Shown: positions 24,368-31,807 of the stretch, one piece after another
Numbering within the stretch: position 1 is the first letter of the stretch
How the letters are laid out: every line of letters begins with the position of its first letter
Virus record (IMG/VR): IMGVR_UViG_3300028858_000003
DNA: 37,899 nt
Source: a virus
Reading direction: 5' to 3' (one strand)
Program-made: the position numbers and the translations under genes
The notes under the pieces: model-generated
Seen by the model: only the letters and a program-made list of their open reading frames with translations
What the model was told of the DNA's origin: nothing
Database searches by the model: none

Positions 24368-25224
24368 ACAATCAAAACCTAGAAGTCTTTAATCAAATCA
24401 GAAGCGAGCTAACGCTTTTGGCAAATGAGTATAAGGACTTTAAGATTAACGGCATTAATGATGTCGATGGCTATAACAAAGCCAAAGAAGGGGCGAAGAA
24501 ATTAAGGGACGCTGAAATTGCCCTTGAGAAACTAGCTAAGCAAGAGCGTGAGGGGGCATTAAATTATCAACGGGGCATTATCTCGCTTGAAAAAGACCTA
24601 TTAACTATTACTTCTCCTGTAAAAAATGATTTAAAAACTCAGTTTGAAACCATCGACAAAGAGATGGCTAGAGAAAGTCGCAGGGTCTTATTGCCCGACC
24701 GCATACAAGCTCTTAAAGACATCGAGATTTTAGTCATTGAAGATGATAAGGAGCAGATTGATTTAATTCTTGAGATGGACGAGAAAGATTGGGCTAATTA
24801 TTACAGCACTCAAAAGCTCTCCTATTTAGAAAATAAAGACCGTATTCAACGGGAGAAGCAGAAAGAGGAAGATGATAAAAAAGCTCAGGCAGAAAACGAA
24901 AAAATTAGAATTAAAAACGCCGTGCTAATAAACAACAATAAAATCTTACAGGCTAAAGCTGATAACGATAGACGTATCGCTAAGGAAGCTCAGGACATTA
25001 TTGACGCTGAGGCAAACCGCAAAGCGGACGACTTAAAACGCCAAGCCGATGAGGAAGAAGATAGAAAAATTAGAGCTCGTGGCGAGAAGTATCAGGGCTT
25101 TTTAAGATATTGCGGTATGACTAACCAAACCGCTAAAGATGAATTTTACATTAAAGAAGATAAGCAACCAGACGGTTCGATACTGGTAACCGCCTACAAA
25201 AAAGTTAATTCAATTATCATATAA
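24364..25224 (+). CDS. Charged coiled-coil protein (possibly DUF1351-like)
   Basis: 286 aa, K/E/D/R-rich, sitting between the exonuclease and SSB as in many RecT modules. Confidence 0.5.
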   Translation: MNNQNLEVFNQIRSELTLLANEYKDFKINGINDVDGYNKAKEGAKKLRDAEIALEKLAKQEREGALNYQRGIISLEKDLLTITSPVKNDLKTQFETIDKEMARESRRVLLPDRIQALKDIEILVIEDDKEQIDLILEMDEKDWANYYSTQKLSYLENKDRIQREKQKEEDDKKAQAENEKIRIKNAVLINNNKILQAKADNDRRIAKEAQDIIDAEANRKADDLKRQADEEEDRKIRARGEKYQGFLRYCGMTNQTAKDEFYIKEDKQPDGSILVTAYKKVNSIII

Positions 25225-25228
25225 CCCT

Positions 25229-25759
25229 ATGAATAAAGTTATTCTATGTGGTCGCCTAACACGTGACCCCGAAGCAAGAAATACGCCAAGCGGTATTATG
25301 GTCGCTAACGCTAGTCTAGCTACCAGTGAAGTGTGGACGGACGCAAACGGCGAACGCAAGCAGAAGTCCGAGTTTCATAATCTGGTGCTCTGGCGTAAGT
25401 CGGCGGAGAATATCGTTAAGTACTGCCACAAAGGAAGTCAACTACTAATTGAAGGCAAACTAACGACTGAGGACTGGGTCGCTCAGGACGGCAGTAAACG
25501 CTATACGACTAAGATTATGGTGGACAGTTTCAGGATGTTAGATAGCAAGCCACAGGAAGCCCGTAGAGAAGAAGAACCAGAAGCACCTCAAGACAATCGC
25601 CAAACCTATAAATCGTTTCAGGAGGAGCAGAACGGAGGCGGTAGCGATGAGGTAACACGGCAGGATGACGGCTTAGATAGATACCGAAATCTCCCACCAG
25701 AAGAAATGCCACCTGAACCTCAAGAGGAGGAAATCAGGGTCGAAAACATCCCTTTCTAG
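25229..25759 (+). CDS. ssb: Single-stranded DNA-binding protein
   Basis: OB-fold N-terminus MNKVILCGRLTRDPE...FHNLVLW...LLIEGKL, a disordered linker, and an acidic tip ending in NIPF. Confidence 0.9.
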   Translation: MNKVILCGRLTRDPEARNTPSGIMVANASLATSEVWTDANGERKQKSEFHNLVLWRKSAENIVKYCHKGSQLLIEGKLTTEDWVAQDGSKRYTTKIMVDSFRMLDSKPQEARREEEPEAPQDNRQTYKSFQEEQNGGGSDEVTRQDDGLDRYRNLPPEEMPPEPQEEEIRVENIPF

Positions 25760-25788
25760 TTGACGAGGTTTGTTTTATATAATATAAT
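25760..25788 (+). promoter_or_regulatory. Early promoter, family member 4
   Basis: TTGACGAGGTTTGTTTTATATAATATAAT, abutting the ssb stop codon. Confidence 0.65.
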
Positions 25789-25871
25789 AAAGTTTGAAGC
25801 TAATTTAATGGCTGGGAAGATAACCTTATGAAAGTTAAAATACTAGCCATTATCTAGGCTTATTTAAAAAT

Positions 25872-26540
25872 ATGCCACCAAAAAAAGAGAAGATTGAGCT
25901 TAACAGCACTAATAGTATCGGCGGTTTTTTCAAGGGAAGAATACGAGAGGCGTATTTCCAAAAGAAATTACCCCAATTTCTCTTAGAGTTTCAGGCTCAA
26001 TGCTCAGACGTTGCTGAGATTAGTCGGTTAAAAGACTATCTTATCGACTTACAGGCAGGAGAGAGCGATTTAATTGCCGAGATTACTAAGACAATCGGCG
26101 AGGAAGCAATGGGCATAATGAAGGAAGAAAACGCCCCCCTTGCTAAGTTTATGGGCGAGATGTCCGAAGATGAACAAGCCCAATTTACTGTCTGGCGTGA
26201 TAGCTGTGCTAACGCTATCAATCGAATTACCACTATCATCACAGCGACTCGTAAGATAATTAAGGAACGCTCAGCGATGAAAAAGGATGATTGGCTAGAC
26301 CTTGCCCTTGAAATCGCAACGCTGATGAAGTGGGTCGATGAGGACAGAGTCTATAAAGACCAGATGTATCGTAAGGTGCTGATGACTGAGAAAGCCAAGC
26401 GTGGCTGTTCAAGACTCGAAGCCGAAGAAATTACTAAGACAACTCAAGAGTATCGAGATTACAAGTTGGCATTATTATTTAAGGAAAATTTAGAAGAATT
26501 TATAATGTTGGCGAAGAAGAAAGGTGCTTTAGATTATTAA
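25872..26540 (+). CDS. Hypothetical protein
   Basis: 222-aa ORF. Confidence 0.6.
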   Translation: MPPKKEKIELNSTNSIGGFFKGRIREAYFQKKLPQFLLEFQAQCSDVAEISRLKDYLIDLQAGESDLIAEITKTIGEEAMGIMKEENAPLAKFMGEMSEDEQAQFTVWRDSCANAINRITTIITATRKIIKERSAMKKDDWLDLALEIATLMKWVDEDRVYKDQMYRKVLMTEKAKRGCSRLEAEEITKTTQEYRDYKLALLFKENLEEFIMLAKKKGALDY

Positions 26541-26567
26541 TATACACCCCCTAGGGGTATCAAAGAT

Positions 26568-26945
26568 ATGAACGCAAGGAATAAAAGAATAGTGGAGAAA
26601 TTTAAAAATGGTGAAACTGAAACGGCTCTTGCTTTGTACTATAAGATAACCAGAGAGAGAATACGGACAATTCTAGTCGGTATTATGGGACGGGAAGCGG
26701 TGAGCCGACAGGCAAAATTAAACGTGAAGGCGAAGTATATCAAACTTGCCAAGAACAATAAGGGCACTAAATACATTTGTAAAAACTGCGGTAAGCCGAT
26801 TTACGACAAGTATCTTAAAAGAATTTTCTGCGACCCAGAGTGCTTTAGAGAATACCAAGAAAAAAATAAACTCTCCGAGGAGGAAAAAATTGAACGTAGG
26901 AGAGCAAAGGCAAAGGCTTATTATTTAAGACGTAAAAAGATTTAA
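26568..26945 (+). CDS. Putative HTH regulator with a zinc ribbon and a basic tail
   Basis: The N-terminus IVEKFKNGETETALALYYKITRERIRTIL is HTH-like. It is followed by CKNCG...CDPEC and then RRRAKAKAYYLRRKK. Confidence 0.45.
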   Translation: MNARNKRIVEKFKNGETETALALYYKITRERIRTILVGIMGREAVSRQAKLNVKAKYIKLAKNNKGTKYICKNCGKPIYDKYLKRIFCDPECFREYQEKNKLSEEEKIERRRAKAKAYYLRRKKI

Positions 26946-26946
26946 T

Positions 26947-27090
26947 ATGAAAATTACAAAAAAATTATTTTACTCGTTGCTCGTTGAAACAGTTTTGATT
27001 TTATTAATTATTTTAATCGGTGTGTCCTTCGTTTATTTAATTGGCACAGTCGCTCACCACGTTCAACAGGTGTTCTATGTTTGTAAATAA
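26947..27090 (+). CDS. Small membrane protein, 47 aa
   Basis: Helix LLVETVLILLIILIGVSFVYLIG. It ends 2 nt before the 3D-domain gene. Confidence 0.35.
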   Translation: MKITKKLFYSLLVETVLILLIILIGVSFVYLIGTVAHHVQQVFYVCK

Positions 27091-27092
27091 AT

Positions 27093-27599
27093 ATGGACAC
27101 TTATATTCAAATAACCAAAGCAAAAAGAGTTAAAGACTATCAACGTCTTGGCTCTTTTTTATTTACCATTTTGTTTGGTATCTGGTGCGTTAAAGTTGGT
27201 ATTACTCTTGGTATTGAAGCCAGCAAACCGCTTCCAGTCAGCGAGGCAACAATCACTCACCGAGTGGTTAAGGAAGTATCAATTAAGAAGCCAGAGAAAT
27301 ATATCGGCAAGTTTACCATCTACGCTTATAACAGCGTGTCAGGGCAAACAGACGGTAGCCCGTGTATCTCCGCTGATAACAAAAACATCTGTGAGCGATT
27401 TGCTAAAGGCGAGAAGCTTTGTGCGTCTAACGATTTTAAATTAGGGACGATTGTATATATCAAAGATTACGGCGACTGTAAGATTGTTGACCGTATGAAA
27501 TCAACTTACTCGAAGTCGATTGATATCTTTATGGGTTATGATGTTGCTACCGCAAGGCAGTGGGGCGTAAAAAGTATAGAAATCTACACTACTCACTAA
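27093..27599 (+). CDS. Membrane-anchored 3D-domain (YuiC/MltA-like) putative peptidoglycan hydrolase
   Basis: N-terminal helix LGSFLFTILFGIWCV, then FTIYAYNSVSGQTDGSPCISAD...ASNDFKLGTIVYI..YG.CKIVDRM...IDIFM. Confidence 0.6.
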   Translation: MDTYIQITKAKRVKDYQRLGSFLFTILFGIWCVKVGITLGIEASKPLPVSEATITHRVVKEVSIKKPEKYIGKFTIYAYNSVSGQTDGSPCISADNKNICERFAKGEKLCASNDFKLGTIVYIKDYGDCKIVDRMKSTYSKSIDIFMGYDVATARQWGVKSIEIYTTH

Positions 27600-27609
27600 G
27601 CCTGAAAAA

Positions 27610-27618
27610 TGGTATAAT
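27610..27618 (+). promoter_or_regulatory. Extended -10 promoter box TGGTATAAT
   Basis: Lies in the 46-nt gap before 27646. The same 9-mer occurs at 28445, 31160 and 33365. Confidence 0.55.
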
Positions 27619-27645
27619 ATAAGCATAACTTTAAAAACTCAGACG

Positions 27646-28008
27646 ATGGCAACAAGTAAAGTTTCTACGGAACGACTGGAAGAACACGGATGGCGTTTTT
27701 CTGGTAAATTTTTTGATGACTTACAAATATGGTTCAGGCGTGATAATTATTTATTGTATCACAACGAGCTAGAGCTGGTTTATTTTAGGTATTCATCAAA
27801 GAAAAGAGTCGATTGGGAGCGGAGCGGTGAGAACAACAAACACCACTTAACGCCAAGGTCTAGAGGCGGAACGTCTTTAGATAGTAATTTATTGCTGATG
27901 GACAAGTCTAGGCATAACGCTTGGCATTTGCTGTTTGGCACTCTCACGCTAGATGAGATAGTAGCTTTGTTACAACGAACAAAGATATTAAAAAATCACT
28001 CTGGCTAA
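27646..28008 (+). CDS. HNH-type nuclease domain protein
   Basis: NKHHLTPRSRGGTSLDSNLLLMDKSRHNAWHLLF (HH...GG...N...H..H). Confidence 0.55.
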   Translation: MATSKVSTERLEEHGWRFSGKFFDDLQIWFRRDNYLLYHNELELVYFRYSSKKRVDWERSGENNKHHLTPRSRGGTSLDSNLLLMDKSRHNAWHLLFGTLTLDEIVALLQRTKILKNHSG

Positions 28009-28009
28009 C

Positions 28010-28035
28010 ATAAGCAGTATTATTTTACTGCTTAT
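28010..28035 (+). terminator. Hairpin after the HNH gene (terminator-like, weak T-tract)
   Basis: Perfect 10-bp stem ATAAGCAGTA/TACTGCTTAT with a 6-nt loop. Confidence 0.4.
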
Positions 28036-28044
28036 TGAAATACT

Positions 28045-28431
28045 ATGAAGATTAAAATTGACTTAGCCGATACTTTTTTCTCACGCTTCATCAGACTTCG
28101 GGACAGAAAATGTATGCGGTGCGGTTCAACAGTAAAATTAAATGAACTGCTTGAGCCGATTAGTCACGAGTGTTCTCATTACTGGTCGAGAGGCAAAGAA
28201 GGTACGAGGTTCGAACCTGATAACTGCGATACACTTTGTTACGGCTGTCACAATTTATGGGGTCACGGAGATGAGCGTGATAAGTATAAAGAATTTAAAA
28301 TTAAACAACTCGGACAAAGACGTTTCGATACGCTTCAACTACAAGCGTTTACCTACTGTAAGAAAGATAGAACGATGTCGGCAATAATTTGTAAAGCGAT
28401 GTTCAAAGATTTGCGTGATAAACTATTGTAA
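28045..28431 (+). CDS. NinG/Rap-like recombination endonuclease
   Basis: FFSRFIRLRDRKCMRCGS...SHYWSRG...RFEPDNCDTLCYGCH matches the NinG family pattern. Confidence 0.7.
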   Translation: MKIKIDLADTFFSRFIRLRDRKCMRCGSTVKLNELLEPISHECSHYWSRGKEGTRFEPDNCDTLCYGCHNLWGHGDERDKYKEFKIKQLGQRRFDTLQLQAFTYCKKDRTMSAIICKAMFKDLRDKLL

Positions 28432-28453
28432 CATTTTTCTGATATGGTATAAT
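28426..28453 (+). promoter_or_regulatory. Promoter TTGTAA, 16-nt spacer, TGGTATAAT
   Basis: The -10 hexamer ends exactly 6 nt before the ATG at 28460. Confidence 0.55.
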
Positions 28454-28459
28454 AAAGGT

Positions 28460-28816
28460 ATGAAAACAGTAGTTTTAGTTTTTGGTGATTTCAATCATCC
28501 GATGAATTTGAAAGGTGCTAGTAGATTAGGCGTTGCTTACGCATTTTTATACTCTAAAACAATCTATAAAAGGCACGGTTTATCAGGCGATTACTTATCG
28601 GGGACACGAGAGAGATTTAAAAACGCAAAAGCCGATGGGTATATTTACAATTCAATATTTCTAAAAGATATTTGTCAGCTAGAAAAGTTTTTAGAAAAAA
28701 AAGATGACGTAATTATTTTTAAACCACGCACCCAAGTTTTATTAGATGAGGTACTGATGTTATCTTTTAAAAAAAATATCAAAATTATTTATGAAGAAGA
28801 AACGAGCAAAGTATAG
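28460..28816 (+). CDS. Hypothetical protein (Rossmann-like N-terminal beta strand)
   Basis: ATG at 28460 (MKTVVLVFGDF...). The upstream track start would run across the promoter. Confidence 0.55.
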   Translation: MKTVVLVFGDFNHPMNLKGASRLGVAYAFLYSKTIYKRHGLSGDYLSGTRERFKNAKADGYIYNSIFLKDICQLEKFLEKKDDVIIFKPRTQVLLDEVLMLSFKKNIKIIYEEETSKV

Positions 28817-28988
28817 AAGCATTTGGTATATGGCTTCTTTGCTCGGACAGGAGTGTTTAGGGTTCGCTCACCGAAAACATCGAACTCATAAGAAGGCTTA
28901 CCCAAGAAACTCTTTTAAATCTAATAAATTATACTGCCTTAAACTTAAGGAGGCAGATAAACAGCTCGAAGAACTTGAGCTTAAATAA
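28791..28988 (+). CDS. Small basic hypothetical protein
   Basis: 65 aa, K/R/H-rich, with TTTATG context. It overlaps the upstream gene by 26 nt. Confidence 0.35.
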   Translation: MKKKRAKYRSIWYMASLLGQECLGFAHRKHRTHKKAYPRNSFKSNKLYCLKLKEADKQLEELELK

Positions 28989-28995
28989 TAAAAGT

Positions 28996-29262
28996 ATGTT
29001 TGGAAACAACACAAAGCGTAAAATCGCTGAATTAGAGAAGGAGATTAATGCCTGTCGCTACGTTAGCAACAAGCAAACCCAGATTATTGACCTGCTAGTT
29101 GACCATTTAGAGGTCAAAGTAATTGAAGAAGATTTTATTGATGAAAAAAAGTACGGCAGTTTGTTCGGTCGCAAGGTGATGTCCGAAAAATTTGTTAACC
29201 AACGTCTTAAATTAATCAGCACAGCTAAGGTAGAAGCCCCAACTGAGCCAACTAATCAGTAA
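28996..29262 (+). CDS. Hypothetical protein
   Basis: ATG at 28996; the track start at 28975 is TTG. Confidence 0.5.
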   Translation: MFGNNTKRKIAELEKEINACRYVSNKQTQIIDLLVDHLEVKVIEEDFIDEKKYGSLFGRKVMSEKFVNQRLKLISTAKVEAPTEPTNQ

Positions 29263-29266
29263 TTTT

Positions 29267-29497
29267 ATGGAAGTATATTTTTTATTTGATTGCCCTAAGG
29301 GTAAAATTGATAGTTTCTTGATTGGAAAATCAGGCTCTAAACTATCTAAAGAGTTCTTTAAAGGCATTACTGAAAAAGGTTGTTACTTCGAGATTAAGTC
29401 TAACGCCATCAAATTTAAAAAGGCGTTCGACAAGTTCAATAACCGCAAGCGAGGCGAAACTAAGATTGTAAAATGTTCTGTTAAAATAATTAAATAA
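29267..29497 (+). CDS. Hypothetical protein
   Basis: 76-aa ORF. Confidence 0.5.
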   Translation: MEVYFLFDCPKGKIDSFLIGKSGSKLSKEFFKGITEKGCYFEIKSNAIKFKKAFDKFNNRKRGETKIVKCSVKIIK

Positions 29498-29502
29498 TTT
29501 CT

Positions 29503-29943
29503 ATGTTTAAAATTTCAATTACCGATGACAAGATTAAGAGGCTAAATGAGCTAACCGAAGCCATCGAAGATAAGAAGGACGTGCTATCAGAAATGATTAG
29601 AACCGCCCAAGACCGCCACTCTAACCGCCAACACAAAGCGATTAGAAACAATCAGGAAGTTTCCTTAGCGGAAAAAGTATTGTGGACTGAATTAAAATAC
29701 GGCGATAAAAACTCTGAGGCTTACAAAATTATGCGGAAGCAATACCCAGAAATGTTTGAGTTACAGGATGAGCTAGATAAACTTTCCGAAGGTTTAAAGA
29801 ATTTCAGCGGTACAGAGTTTGGGTTCTTCTTTAGCGAAATGACCCTCTCCCGTCTAGTCGCCCTAATTATCGGTGTAGTAAAATACGTTAATAAGACAGA
29901 CGACAAGAAGAAACGCTTTTTTAATTATTTCGGCAGACGCTAA
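29503..29943 (+). CDS. Hypothetical protein with a C-terminal hydrophobic helix
   Basis: 146 aa with LSRLVALIIGVVKYV near the C-terminus. Confidence 0.55.
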   Translation: MFKISITDDKIKRLNELTEAIEDKKDVLSEMIRTAQDRHSNRQHKAIRNNQEVSLAEKVLWTELKYGDKNSEAYKIMRKQYPEMFELQDELDKLSEGLKNFSGTEFGFFFSEMTLSRLVALIIGVVKYVNKTDDKKKRFFNYFGRR

Positions 29944-29948
29944 ACCCT

Positions 29949-30308
29949 ATGACATTTCTAGAAAAGAAGGTTAATGAAAAATTTGAATACTCAGTCACCG
30001 ATATCTTCGGCACGATTGAGTTATCATCTGCCTTCCAACTAGACGCTGATACTTTAGACCTCTTGGTTTCGAGTATTATGGTCGGGATGGGTAATGAAGG
30101 CGTTTACTCGGTCGTTCTAAAAGACATCACGGAAAATGTTGACGTATATTTCACTTTCAAGCGTAATGTCCAATGGGAAGATATCGACCCAAAGAAGGAG
30201 AAGGAACTAGATAAAATAATCAAAGCCAGAAATAACCCTAAAGCTAAATCTGGCTTTAAAAATATCATCGCTAAACGGCTCGTTAAATTTATTAATAAAA
30301 ACCTATAA
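29949..30308 (+). CDS. Hypothetical protein
   Basis: 119-aa ORF with start context AACCCTATG. Confidence 0.55.
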   Translation: MTFLEKKVNEKFEYSVTDIFGTIELSSAFQLDADTLDLLVSSIMVGMGNEGVYSVVLKDITENVDVYFTFKRNVQWEDIDPKKEKELDKIIKARNNPKAKSGFKNIIAKRLVKFINKNL

Positions 30309-30310
30309 CT

Positions 30311-30664
30311 ATGTCACTAAAAATCAACCAAGTATTCAAACGAATACAAGACAACAAGCGTGAGCAAAGACAACTTAAAAAAATCTATAAGGACGCTCTC
30401 TCGGTCAACGCCGAGTACCAAGATGTGCTAGAGAGCCTAAAAGCCCTAAAGAACAAGCAGAAGCAGATTGAAGCCAGCGTCAAAGCCGACTTTAAAGAGG
30501 AGTTTGATAAGTTAGAAAGTTTGAAGCTTAATATTACCTCAGATAACCAGATGATATCAGACCTAGCCCTTATCGACTTAGTTAGTGGTAAATCAGTTGA
30601 GTTAACCGATGAGAATAAGACGGAGTACGACCCATTGTTCACTGTAAGGTTTAAGAAAAAATAA
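30311..30664 (+). CDS. Hypothetical coiled-coil protein
   Basis: 117 aa, K/E/Q-rich with a heptad-like pattern. Confidence 0.55.
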   Translation: MSLKINQVFKRIQDNKREQRQLKKIYKDALSVNAEYQDVLESLKALKNKQKQIEASVKADFKEEFDKLESLKLNITSDNQMISDLALIDLVSGKSVELTDENKTEYDPLFTVRFKKK

Positions 30665-30675
30665 CTATTAATTTT

Positions 30676-30912
30676 ATGATTAGAGCAAAGTTTAAGTGTA
30701 TCGAGGGTGGCGTAAATGAGTCGGGCAGATTTTTCAAGCTCAGACCAGTAACTAGCGGTAGCGATGAAAATAAGAATTTCTACAAATACACCCCAGCTGG
30801 TCTTATCGAACAGTTGATTGTAAATGATAATGTTTACTTCGAAGTTGGCAAGGAATATGACGTTGATTTCTCAGAGGTAGTGGCTATCAGTGCGATTGAG
30901 GAAACTAAATAA
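30676..30912 (+). CDS. Hypothetical small protein
   Basis: 78 aa: KFKCIEGG...LRPVTSGSDENKNFYKYTPAG. Confidence 0.55.
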   Translation: MIRAKFKCIEGGVNESGRFFKLRPVTSGSDENKNFYKYTPAGLIEQLIVNDNVYFEVGKEYDVDFSEVVAISAIEETK

Positions 30913-30940
30913 CTATAAACGTTAAAATAAAATAAAATCT

Positions 30941-31171
30941 ATGAGCTCATTTAATAGCTTCGTCAAGAACCAAATCAAGACTAAGAAGGTTAGAGATAAC
31001 AAATACCACTTCTGGTACGTGATACTTAAAAGCCTCTTTAGTTTCGCTGGTCTGGTTTCTTTGTTTATGTGTATCTATATGGGGGGTCTGCCAGAACTGT
31101 ATTTTATCGGCTTAATCTCCCTAGCACTCGGTGAGCTCGTATTTTTTATCGACCAGTCGTGGTATAATTAA
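30941..31171 (+). CDS. Two-helix membrane protein
   Basis: Helices LKSLFSFAGLVSLFMCIYMGG and FIGLISLALGELVFFI. Confidence 0.55.
   Translation: MSSFNSFVKNQIKTKKVRDNKYHFWYVILKSLFSFAGLVSLFMCIYMGGLPELYFIGLISLALGELVFFIDQSWYN
31160..31168 (+). promoter_or_regulatory. Extended -10 promoter box TGGTATAAT upstream of the packaging genes
   Basis: The identical 9-mer overlaps the last codons of 30941..31171. It lies 142 nt before the terminase small subunit ATG. Confidence 0.5.
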
Positions 31172-31205
31172 ATAGGCTAAGGAAACATTTGTTTGGCTAC
31201 TTTCA

Positions 31206-31241
31206 GGGGAGATGATTAAGGGATGACTTATTATCTCTCCC
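31206..31241 (+). promoter_or_regulatory. Leader hairpin upstream of the terminase genes
   Basis: GGGGAGAT/ATCTCTCCC stem (one bulge), flanked by direct AAACATTT repeats at 31184 and 31252. Confidence 0.35.
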
Positions 31242-31309
31242 AAAAGCACTCAAACATTTTTTTACCAAACTAAGGTAAATTTGACAAAACAGGCTTTTAC
31301 TACAAATCT

Positions 31310-31807
31310 ATGGCGATTGAATACAGGGGGGAAAGAAACAGCGGAGTGTTCACCAGAGCGGACAAGATTAAGTTCTTAGCGTTCTATATTGCGTGTTACG
31401 GAAACCTCAGCAAGGCGACACTACAATTTCGACAACTTAAACCAGCATCTAAGTTCGGTCGCTTTAACAGGCAGACCGTTTATGCGTGGCGTGATAGTAA
31501 TACTATTTTAGATGACAGCAACGGTATGACCTTCGGCGATTACTTTTTAAACTGTGAGAGTAAGATACTTGAGGACACGGATGAGTTTTTAAAAACTAAG
31601 ATTTACAATAAGAAAGATTTAAAGGCGATGTGTTTTTTCTTAAAGCACCGACACCCTGATTACCAGCAAAGACTTCAAGTCAATGAAGGCGGAGCAGAGA
31701 GTCGAGAACTTTTAGAGCAAATGAACGCTATGATAAAAGATGTTCAAACCAATACTACCCCAACTAAGCGAGTCGAGGAGAGTCGCCCTGAAAACCCTAC
31801 TACATAG
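31310..31807 (+). CDS. Terminase small subunit (putative)
   Basis: 165 aa directly upstream of, and overlapping, the large terminase. It has an HTH-like N-terminal region. The call is mainly by position. Confidence 0.5.
   Translation: MAIEYRGERNSGVFTRADKIKFLAFYIACYGNLSKATLQFRQLKPASKFGRFNRQTVYAWRDSNTILDDSNGMTFGDYFLNCESKILEDTDEFLKTKIYNKKDLKAMCFFLKHRHPDYQQRLQVNEGGAESRELLEQMNAMIKDVQTNTTPTKRVEESRPENPTT

Noticed and set aside
26548-26557. Perfect 10-bp palindrome CCCCTAGGGG between 25872..26540 and 26568..26945
   Set aside because: It is a single short palindrome whose GC-rich character stands out only against the AT-rich background. No T-run and no second copy were found, so there is too little evidence to call it a terminator or operator.
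31281-31309. TTGACA at 31281 as a promoter for the terminase genes
   Set aside because: No acceptable -10 hexamer lies 16 to 19 nt downstream (AAATCT or TACAAA only). The TGGTATAAT box at 31160 is the better candidate.
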